Of a stretch of DNA of 50,444 nucleotides, positions 1-10,843 are shown piece after piece. Both the position numbers and the translations under genes were made by a program. The stretch is from assembly GCA_026023565.1 (NCBI GenBank), contig JAPETS010000029.1, positions 372,001-422,444 of the forward strand, in the 5' to 3' direction. The notes beneath the pieces are model-generated. The model was given only the letters and a program-made list of their open reading frames with translations. It was not told the DNA's origin and did no database searches. Source of the stretch: Cirrosporium novae-zelandiae (lineage: Eukaryota). The stretch's first letter is position 1. Each line of letters starts with the position of its first letter.

Positions 1-749
1 AGCCTGCAGATGGATATACGCTAACACAAAGGCCAACCAACAGCCAAACGACCAAACCCTTCTTCCCTCTATTTTTTACTTAGTTGCTCCGGAATAACGG
101 GTATGGTCGTTAATGACCCAGCGTGTCTTCAAAGTATATACAAAGTACAATACTTTTTTACTTTTAGGATGTGAGAAAGTTAACTGATACTAATGTCCTT
201 TGGTAATTAACTGAAGATCCCTGATGACGCTGCCCCCCCGTCCCTTTCGCAATGACCACAAAGAGGACCGACCTGAACACCTAAAAAGATTCAAAAAGAA
301 TCCGAAAAGGTTTCGAAAAAAGAAAAGAAAAAAAGGGCTTTTCTTATGTATAGATCCGTCATTTTTGCGTGTATATATGTTGTGTGTGTGTGTGCATTGA
401 TAATTCCCAATCTAACCTTGACTAATTAAAACATTAAAACCGTTGCACAACAGTATTTTTTTTTCGCTTTTGTCCGGGGAGGGGGAAAACAGTTGAACTG
501 AGTTTTTGAGGTCACCTCTACCTCTCTCGGATTTCGGGGGGTGGGGGATAGAGATGGGTTGTGTTGTTGTTAGAATGATGGGAGAGGTGGGGGATGTCAG
601 CAAATACCTAATACCTAATACTTACTACCTGCAGCCGAAGGTCTCCCCGAAGATTGATCATATGCCCCCCCTATCAACCATGAAGTCCACCACCGCTACC
701 ATTACCATAACCCGCAAAATCTTTAATTGATGGCCGATATGTACTCGAG

Positions 750-788
750 TACTATCTGGTTACTATCTGGCTACTATCTGGGCTATCT
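750..788. repeat. Short tandem repeat, ~11-bp unit TACTATCTGG(N), about 3.5 copies
   Basis: Read directly: tactatctgg-t-tactatctgg-c-tactatctgg-gctatct. Confidence 0.7.
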
Positions 789-3700
789 AATCCTATCCTC
801 TTTTGTGAAAATAAGTTATAACTATCGATAAGATGGAGCATGGAATACGTCTGCTATCATCATTAAGCAATCTATTTTCTCTTCATCAATTCATCAATTC
901 ATCATCATGGGTCCGGTGCGGATACTGTATTCCGTGGCAGGATTTTTGTTTATCTTTGGTAATGAATGAATTTCCATCGTTACTTAAAACCAATAGCTGC
1001 CCAGTGCGGTATAAGATCTCGAAATCTCCTCTATTCGCAAGTGGTCAGTTCAATTTTTGGACGACGAACAGTGGAGTCCGACAAAGTGGAGTAACGGCTT
1101 CGGGGAAGGCTGGCCCCTGTTGGCTTTAGGCCCAAGAAATGATAATTAGTTACAGACTACTTTACCATAACAAGAAATAACTCAGGGACAAGCTTGAAGT
1201 TTTCGAGTTTCGGCTAAGATTCATCATCCACGAGCTATATTATCGTCTCCATTCCTAACGCCCGCTCGGGAAAATTAGATGGATATGGTAGGTAGCATCA
1301 GTGATCATGGCATGATGCCGCCAATTTGGAAACTACTAACAGAAGCCATCGGCGAAGCGAAACCCAAGATACTTCGTTGGCAATATTGAAAGCTCCCAAA
1401 GAATTATCTCGACGTGCTCCCAGCCATCTTGCATGGGATACATGCTGGTAGAAGCTCCTAGATTTATCGTCAGCCATGCATATTCAGATACAGGTAAACC
1501 ATATGAATCACCTGCTGCTGAAGCGCCGAATTCGGACTTTGCCCATTGTCTGTCAGCTATCATGGTGAGAGAGACACAGCAGGTCCCACGACACAATGAA
1601 AAGCGAATGCGAAGACACATGGCCCTTGCTGCATGTCCTCCCAATCTATGTACAGTAAGTTGTAACTTTTGGTCGGTCTGTGCATTCCATATGTGTGACA
1701 CTTACTGTGTGCTGCCATGACGAAATGTTCCCCGGATTTTTAATATATGAATGTATATGTCTACAGTAATATAACCGTCTTGATATTTCCAAGCTGGTAA
1801 GAATTTGAATCTGTGGGTCCTAAGTTGGGTTGTCATTCACTTATCCTCCACATCCCCAGATATGAATCTCCAAGAGACATGAAAAGTCATATTAATTAAA
1901 AGTCAATCTAGATTCTTCATCGTCACCGCCGTCACCTTGACCACATTTCAATATCAAGAGCAGCTGAACTTAGCATTCTCGTACAAGGTTGTACAGCCCT
2001 GCCCGAATGCCGTGGCCGGGCTTTTCCCCTTAGAGGATATCTGAAACCCAGAACCAACCTCTGAGCCTCCAAGGTCTTGGACTGAGATGCAAACAGCAGT
2101 TGTATCAAACGGCCCTTTGTTTTTTAACCCGTCAGATAGTTAGATTTCAAACAACTACCAGGCCGAAAGGAATAGCGATAGCACTATTAAGAAAATAATT
2201 GACATGTCCTTGTAAGCTGAGCGGTAGGACAAGTCGTCACAGCCTCATCGAATGTAGTGGTTGAGCTGCACGCGGTTAGAGTACCATGCTTTTTTTTAAT
2301 CTAACGCAATTGATGTAACGCATAATTATTATATCACAGACCCAAGTCCAGGCTTGTAGTTAAATATAATCACTGGCATCAACGCAGTGAAATCACATAT
2401 TTTTGTTTGTGATGGAACTTATTTCACGGGATGAGTATCTTTGATAGCAGTGTGCGGGCAAGAAGCTCACGCTTTCAGCGGTATACAAGGTCGCAAGGAC
2501 CTTTTGGTTTTGGGCATTGTAAGTGTCGATCTAGACGTCTCTAGGTATATCCATGGTTACTGAACACCATTGCGTTTTTGACCCATCAAGCTGCCAGTGA
2601 TCAAGAATAGGTCACCCAGTTATGTAACACAATAAACCGAGTTTGTTAAGAGAGGCTGTGATGGTGCATTAAGAGGATGGGATGCTGCTGCAGGATTCAA
2701 CAACAAAGCACCTTGTTAAGAGATCTAACCCATAACCCGTAATCCATAATTCATATCACTAAATCACCACGCCGGCTTCCTCAGGCATTCCCGCATTGGG
2801 AGAGATCACCCATCCTCCGGAGCCAGTCCGTCAGTCAGATCAAGCCATCCGCAAAATGAAGGATAACTGCCGCTGCTAAACCCTTGTACCTTGGGAACTA
2901 AAAAGCACGAACCATGAACCATGCTACATGTCATATGTTGCGTACGTTAAACATCTCTGTCTCTCGGGTCTAGAAGGGAGCCCCGACGAATTCCGGAGGT
3001 TGATTGAACAACGTCAGAAGTTGCGGTGATGGAGATTTGAGAAATGGAACCAATTCAGCTCCTGAAGATCTTTTTTTTCTATGTGGTCCTATGCAGTTGA
3101 AAGTGACGATGGTGATAAGTTGATAACCACATAGTATGTACCAAGTAAATTGATGTTTATCCAGTGTATCCACCCTAGGAAAATGGGACTGTTCAACTTT
3201 TCCCGTCTCTTGACTCCCTTCCAATTTCAGTTATTTCTGTGCCCCACTATCCTGCTTGTTTTGACGTTCGACGTCTCGGTTCTTTTCGTTCTTTGAACTC
3301 CAGAAGATCAAACTCGGATATCTTAGCCTGGCATTGTCTCAAGGCCGGTCTCATGCAGTCGTGTAGGCGAGGTTGATCGCTTGAACCATCTAAAACATTG
3401 ATCTTCATTCATTCATTCAGCTGACTGCTGCTTTTCTCATTTCCTTCTGAAGTTCCCTTGGTGCGAACTCTTGGCGATTTATCTGTAACCGCTGGACTAT
3501 TTCCTCAATACTCTTTTTTTATGAACATTCGCCACATCTCAAAAATTCATTAACTTAAAGTCTACTGGAGTCTGGAAAGCATCCTCAGAGCTATTGTGTT
3601 GAGTATAGTTTTTATTCACTCGCCTCTTCGATTAGATATGACTTCTGAGTTACTGTTAGAGTTGACGTAACTAGGGCCATTTAGGTACCTAAGCTCGTGG

Positions 3701-5989
3701 AAGCTCCATTGTTTTCACCCAACATTTTCTTATCATTTTTGTTTCCACCTCTCGAGGATGATGACCACCTGTTCGTGGACACGCCCATGGCGTTGGGTAG
3801 TGAGGTCCTATTTCTCAGCCAACCCGGCTGCTGTGTATTTACCGCAACGTCGCCTTCTACCACCACTAACGTGATAGCTGCTGTCAAGATATAAGTCGAT
3901 ATCTAGAATGGCATTCCAGAAACCTGCATCGTACCAAGGTTTAATGTTGAAGCACACTTGGTTTCCCGTGGCGGCAGAATCAGCTACAGTGGTGTTTTCT
4001 AGAAGAATAAGATTCTAGCGAGTGATATTTACTTCGTAACCTTGAAATCTTATGCGGGAGCATGATGTTTCTACAGCTGTTAGTCGGTCCCGGTTCGTCC
4101 AAATAGCGCAAGCGGCCAGCCATAATGTGGAGAGAAAGCCCCTTTACTCCGGTGGTACTATTATGATTTCCACGTACGCAAGAAGTTTTGAAACCAAGAA
4201 AGGTACTTCTCGACATATTTCCAGCAGGCAAAATATTACCTCTGGCATAATCTTTCGCTGTGGTGTTGGACATTCCCGCTAAGAAGACGCCGATGTCCAC
4301 GCAAAAGGGTGGCTATCTTTGAATTGGGTATTTCCACTTCAATCTCGTCACTTCAGCATTGAGCATCGTGAGTATGCATTAGAAGCTGATTTCAAAGATC
4401 TATGCATCTGCATAATCTGTTTTATGAAGCAAAACCAAGCTCAGGAACATCAGTGCAGAAAGTATCATGAAACTTTCTTTGATTTTAACCGACGTTTCTC
4501 CCTCTCAGTTACGGAACGGTCGGTGGGCAAAAAAAGTTGAAAGCCATTCATATTTCAGTTTCGATCGTGTTGGTTCCTACCATTTCCGGCAATCTTCTAG
4601 AAGGGCCTGCAGAAGGAGTTGAACTTATAAAAATAAGCTTTAGCCACAAGCTCGTGCGCCGAGTCGCTACTTGAAAACATCCAATAAAACAAGGCAAGAA
4701 ATCCCGATAAGGGACTGCAGGAGAATGACATGTTCATGCAAAAATATCTTGCCCACCCTTTTTTCACCAACCGAAGACTACTCAGAATTCTCACCTATGA
4801 AGAGCTCCCAATTGCACATTTAGCCTTTCACTTCCTTTCAAACCCCCTTCCCCCCTCCCTCTCATCCATCCCCCCAAATCCTTCGTGTGCAAGAAACACA
4901 TCTGACAGACACGTGGCGAGAACCCATGGTTGTCAATCCCTTCCATCCGACCCGTTCTTGCAGCATGGTTATCCAGAGATCCGGGTACAAATAAAAAACC
5001 TGGTCATCTGTATTGACTTTTGGTCTATTAACCCTTCAAAGGATACCACTGGATAACGAAATACGTTTATGTATAATTCGGTTCGGGGGTTGTTATTGGC
5101 TCCAGTGTGGCCCCTCTTATCAATATATAAATCCTAATGACACCGAGTTTGTTCTTCTAAATTTTAGCCTCCTCATTCTTTTTAGCGGCACAAGCGGGAT
5201 TTCATCTCTTTTACTTTTTTTTTAGATATTGAATTCCTCAGAAAGTACCACATCCGCACGATTCTAAAAAAGTCCCCACCTTATTTGCTGATCGAGACTG
5301 TTCTGAAAAAGAAGTAAACTAGGGTACCTCTGATTTACCTTTTGGGGTAGGTGGATGTCCACGATGATGATGATTCATTTTGTTCTCCACATGTCGCCTT
5401 CAGGTTATGGCGGACATTAGGTGGGATATCTACATAAAAAATGTCATGCAACTACTATTTAGTATCGAGTATGACTACACAAATCATTTCACGTGACGAA
5501 GAGGCTCATTTTTTTCTTGTGGGTCAAATGAAACAAACAATAATTAAAATAAATGGAAGCTCCATGATGATAAGCTCTAAAGGGGGGGGGGAGGGCAATA
5601 AGTGTCAAACTTCAAATGGTTCATTCAGAGTTCCACCATAGTTAACTGCTAACATCATACTGCCCAACATTACTGCCTATCCCGTTTTCTACTGACATCT
5701 GACCCTCTTTCCAACATCAAAATGACTCAGAGTATAATACCACATTCCCCCAGTTCAAGTTCAAGTTCAATCAATAGTCCACCACCAAGTACACAGTAAT
5801 CTCCCTTCATTCGCCACATGCAAAAAAAAAGAGTCAAAACTCCAACTTATAACCTATACGTACCCAAAACAATTTATTCAGTATTGGTATGTGTGTTACT
5901 TCCCATCACCAATTCCAATCTTTTAAACTATCAAGATCAAGTCCAATGAACCTTACAGTATTATTTACCCCCAATATCCCCATCATATG

Positions 5990-7500
5990 ATTGATTTACT
6001 ATTTTTTTTCGCATCCGTGTGTATATATATTTTTTAAACTTTCCTCAAAACCAAACCTGCTTCTCTTTTTCTTTTTCTTCTTCTCTCTCCTTATTCATAG
6101 ATTGCAATTTAGAATAATTATTAGCATTATTACCTTTCAGCCCAATAATTTTTTTCCCAACCCTCATACACACACCCCTCTTCTTGCTGTGAGTGTCGGA
6201 TTGATGAACTCAGCTAACACCTTTCTGTAGTGGTATTATTATCTATCAAATCTAGGTTCTTTTTTTCTCTCCTTTATTTTATATAGGTATATGCAGTGGG
6301 AATAATAATATGTGTGTATCATCGTCGTCGTTGTTACTATCATTATCCTCGATATATATATCCTCGACCTACACACACACACACACATACACACGTTTCC
6401 AGCTTGGCTTAGATCTCTCCTGTACCATCTACTCCCCAACTACCAATTCCTTATCCCCAAGCACACCCGGTATAGAAATGAAAATGGAAATGATAATATC
6501 ATGAGCTGCGGTAATGAAATCCTAATACAGTACCTCCCCTCTCTTTTTCAACCGAAATAATAGACCGAACAAACGAACAAACAATCAACTTATCACGCAC
6601 ATACATACATATACACACACATAAAGCAAAAACCCATTCCCCCCCCCCAAGAAAAAAGAAAAAGAAATCCTACCCGCATACATAAGCTACAGCAAATCCA
6701 TCCTCCCACCTCACCTCATCTCATCTCATCATACACACACAATACACACATATATCTAACCGGCCAACTCCCTACTAATTACTTAGGTAATTAGTAAATA
6801 CATCTACTCACCACAGCTATCAACAACCAACAACCAACAACCAACAACCAAACATATACACAAAAAACAAGTAACCTATCTAACATACCCAGCCAGCCAG
6901 CTAGCATACCCGCATACCCACAACGGAAATCCCAAATCCCATCCTTCATTATCCCCCCCCCCCCATCTCATCATATCACATATCACATTATTACCCAGGT
7001 CCTACGTGCTAGGCAAGCGAACGCCAACGTCAACGCCAAATCCAAAAAGGCCATTAAGGGTATACGGTATGAAATTATCAACTAACGATAACAGTAACAC
7101 TAACCTAGATCGGAGCAAAGCGGAATGGAGTAAAGCAGATAACTCAATATCAGGATATATACAACCTAGCTACATCCTGCAGCCATAACGCATATTTTTG
7201 TTTTTGTTATTGTATCCACGTATTGTGGGAGATTTTATAAATTTATGAAGGGCCGGGGCTATGGTTATGGTTATGGTTATAGAGGTGAAGGAGGGGGGAA
7301 TAGTAGAAGGGTGATTTGAGGGATGGAAATGGGGGCATTATATATGAGATACGTAATGGATGGTTATCTAGGTAGGTATAGATGGATAGATGTATGTATG
7401 TATATATATATAGAGAAGTATAAAGAGATTAACTAACAAACTCATATCCCATCCCTATTTCACACACACACACACACACATACATTAGCTATCATAAACG
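5990..7500. repeat. Low-complexity intergenic tract with several microsatellites
   Basis: (CA)n at ~6371-6395 and 7461-7480, (CAACCAA)n at ~6821-6850, (GGTTAT)n at ~7259-7280, plus poly-C and poly-T runs. ORFs here are compositionally biased (HTHT, FFFF). Confidence 0.75.
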
Positions 7501-7964
7501 CGAATTGGTGATTCCATCAACATATCCAAACAATTCATTTTTCAAGAAGACTTGTCTTATTGTTTGTTATTTTTTTTATAGTAGTTATGTAAACCTGTAA
7601 TAAGTAACACGAAGGGCATAGACCTAGGTAGGTATTAAGCTTCCCATGTATGCCATGCTCCTTCTTTTGCTTCTTTCTTGAAATAAAGCAAAGATTCTTC
7701 CTTCTCATTCATACACGCCGTCCTTAGTAGCTAGTAGTAGTTCATATACCATTCCACGCCAGATATCCATAATGCATCCATCCATACCACCCCCCGAAGA
7801 GAAATAAAAAAAAAACATTGCTGTCAATCAATCAATCCATCAGCTCAACTTCATTTCATCCCTATCAATAAGCTACATTCTGTATCTGTCTGTATCAACA
7901 CGTCCGTTCGTTTCAGTCATGCACTCATACCATGTTTCCGTCCAAGGAGAAACCTAAATCATGA

Positions 7965-9110
7965 TCATGATAATTGTGTCCCAGTCTCTCCGTCGCTTTC
8001 GCTCAGGCTATCCCTCCTGCCTCTACCACCACGTCGATATCCCTTGCTTAGGCCTGGAATTGGGTGGTGATAGGACTTGGTCCCGGAACTCTCGGTCTGA
8101 GCATCAAAATCCATTGGTTCTGTCCAAGAGTTGCTGCCGGTGCCAGTGTAACTGGAGCGGGTACCAGTAGACCGTGGGCCACGCTCTCGGCGAGTTCGGT
8201 CCCGGGTTCGGCTGGGGGAGGTGGTATTTGAATGAGAAGCACGGGAAGTGCGGTGTGGATGGTCACGGTAGGAGGTGCGAAGAGGACGGCGAGATTCCCC
8301 AGAAACGTTGGACACCGAATCCTCAGAGCCGGGGGTGAAGCTAAAGTCTCTCTTTAATCCCCGCTTCTTCTTCGAGCCAGCAACCTCTGCTTTCTCTGGC
8401 TTGCGAACCTCTGACATCTCGGGATCACCAGCATTGGAAGATACAACACTGGATGCCCACTCAGATGTGCCCGCAGTGTATGAACCATCGGGAGTACTAT
8501 ATTCGCCATCGGCAACACGGTTGAGTCCACCAACTCGAGCTGGTTTCTCTTCACGATAGGCGAGGACGTCGTTATCTTTGTTATTTTTATGTCGCCTGCG
8601 ATCTTTCTTCTTTTTTTCAGTCTTGCTAGCCTTTTCATTGACGACTTCCCCAGTCACACTGTATCCGAGCTCTGTTTCTTGATCCATGGCGCTGACCACA
8701 CTCCCGCCGCCCAGGTCAGTGGTTTTGGTAGCTCCACTCAGGGTTGTACCATTGGGACCTTTGCGTCTTAGAACGGTGGATTTGTAATCGTCCCAATCTC
8801 TCTTGTGGAAGTAGAATCCTCCATTCTTGGCCCAAAAGAAGAACCAGATTGCGGTACAGACAAAGGCAGCCCCAATAAGAGCAAAAAGAACGAAGAAACC
8901 ATTGTTATTGATGGTGGTTGGATCGATGGAACCAGCAGAGAAGTCTGATGGGGAGGAGGTCCGTTTAGAGAGCTTGTTTAGATGAAGTTCCGACTCCGGA
9001 GAACGTCTGAGAAGTGGATTGGTGCTGGCAATGAGATGATTGAAGAGGCTTGAAGTAGAGGAGCGGCGGTCAAGCTCATTGGAGGGGACTAAGAGGGGAA
9101 TGGGTGCCAT
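7965..9110 (-). CDS. Single-pass membrane protein of unknown function, 381 aa, no intron apparent
   Basis: Long ATG ORF with one hydrophobic helix (FFVLFALIGAAFVCTAIWFFFW). It is followed by AKNGGF...DWDDYKSTVLRRKGPNGTTLSGATKTTDLGGGSV, which I recall as conserved in Pezizomycotina hypothetical proteins (sometimes labelled endosomal SPRY-domain protein; I see no SPRY domain here). The tail is Ser/Arg/Lys-rich and likely disordered. Confidence 0.85.
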   Translation of the reverse strand: MAPIPLLVPSNELDRRSSTSSLFNHLIASTNPLLRRSPESELHLNKLSKRTSSPSDFSAGSIDPTTINNNGFFVLFALIGAAFVCTAIWFFFWAKNGGFYFHKRDWDDYKSTVLRRKGPNGTTLSGATKTTDLGGGSVVSAMDQETELGYSVTGEVVNEKASKTEKKKKDRRRHKNNKDNDVLAYREEKPARVGGLNRVADGEYSTPDGSYTAGTSEWASSVVSSNAGDPEMSEVRKPEKAEVAGSKKKRGLKRDFSFTPGSEDSVSNVSGESRRPLRTSYRDHPHRTSRASHSNTTSPSRTRDRTRRERGPRSTGTRSSYTGTGSNSWTEPMDFDAQTESSGTKSYHHPIPGLSKGYRRGGRGRRDSLSESDGETGTQLS

Positions 9111-10843
9111 GATGGTAATGTGTGTGTGTCAATCAATGGCAATAGGTAGGGCAGGTTATGAGCCGAAGCTCAGTCTTAATAGCTGTCAGTATATGTACAA
9201 TTAGATGATTGCATTGGGTTTTTGAAAATCTGTATGACTGACAATTAACGGAGGACCTCAGCACGGGAGCACTGCTATCGCCCAAGCTTCACTAGCCAAG
9301 GATTTGAGAAATTGATCAAGGACAGATGGTGAACAGTAATTCAGTCACAAGTCATAAGTTAGTAAAGGTAATAATGGTAAATGAGGAGAAAAAATCTGCA
9401 GATTCACAGTAATAAGACCATGAAGACCGCCACGTCCTGCGAAAAATGAGGTGGTCGGTGTCGAAAAAAGGTGAGGCTGGGAAAATGACGTTTTTTTGTT
9501 TGGGTGGCCGTTGCTATGTGAGACTTGAAAAGTGCTGCCTTATCGATAAGGCCATAAGCATACACCGCATAATAAAGTTAAGGCAGCGAATGGCGCTGAG
9601 TCCTCAACCTCCACCATCTCATAACGCGAAGTATCTAGAGATATAGATGCCGGCTATTCCAATTATTACTAGGGATCTCCATGATCCTCAGATCCCCAAT
9701 CATTCCCTTATATTATTAAACCTATTAAATATTTGTGTCACCAACGTGGCCGTCTACTCAAAGAGACAAGCCTGGTATTTCTGATTCCCCTCTACGAGGT
9801 TGTCGGCCTGAAATTATGTCAATATCTCGTGAGACCTGCAACACCTACAAGTCCTACCTATGTATCGTATACAAGCCAATAACCTTGGCCACATGCTCAT
9901 GATTACACAGTACGGAACGAGACAGAGACTCCACCACTTTGCAATCATCTCGGCCATTGCCATTTAGCCACCTCATCAATCAATATCATCCTGACTCTTG
10001 GAACTTAGGCAAGGACTGCGTGACACACCTCATTTGAAATGATTGTAAAATAAAAAAAGCCAGGACATGAAATTTTCATCGACGACCCTCAATTGAGATG
10101 CATTGCTCTGCCGCTCTAACCACCCACTAAGCAAATTTATATGAGCTTTGTTACTAACTAACGTACAGCAACAGGTACATATAGATTGCTCCTAAAATGT
10201 AAACCTCGAATGGAAGAAAAGTTAACGTGCTGAAAATTGAAACATTGCCATTCATCTTCTTCATTTCATCTCTTTCAACCTCACATGAAACCATAATGAT
10301 GGTTCGAGTGGTAACGTGTACCAGCTGGAACATTCATCTTCGTAAAAACCAGTAATATCAAAATCAAAAATAAGAGGACAATTGCCATGACGTAACTGCG
10401 CGAAAGGATTCATCAATTCGTGCACTCATAAGGTCGTTATCCCGAGAAGTCGAGAAAAATAAATAGTCTCTGGCCACGCAACACAAATCAAGCAACAGCA
10501 ATAAACAAACGAGATGCTTTTGGGGCCAACTTTTGGACTTTTGAGGTAGTCAACTAAAGCCACCCTTGCCAGCACCCAGAGTATCATAAAGAAATCCCCC
10601 AAAGAAATCCCAAGAAATTATCCTCCCAGATTCATCCAAACTATGCCGAAAGATTTTGTCTTGAAAGAACATATCTCACGTACCGGCGAGTCACAGTCGT
10701 GAATTGAGCCTTACAAGCAGAAAGATCGTTTCATTGAGCCCCCTTCAGTGAAGGAAATCACTTCATCGGGGTCTCTTCAACAATTATCCCACCTGATAGG
10801 TCAACAGCGATTGCGACAGGCCGGTTTATGAAAAGCGTTACTT

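Noticed and set aside
95..115. Minus-strand ACGACCATACCC resembling the 5' end of fungal 5S rRNA (also CGACCATAC near 34522)
   Set aside because: The similarity does not extend; internal 5S sequence and structure are absent.
1..450. Possible last exon and 3' UTR of a gene upstream of the window (GCTAAC at 20-25, pyrimidine tract and TAG at 81-83, short frames such as LLRNNGYGR*)
   Set aside because: The donor and upstream exons are outside the window, so frame and identity cannot be established.
5560..5705. Box C (ATGATGA) and box D (CTGA) candidates for a C/D snoRNA
   Set aside because: No terminal stem or recognisable rRNA-antisense element; such motifs are frequent by chance here.
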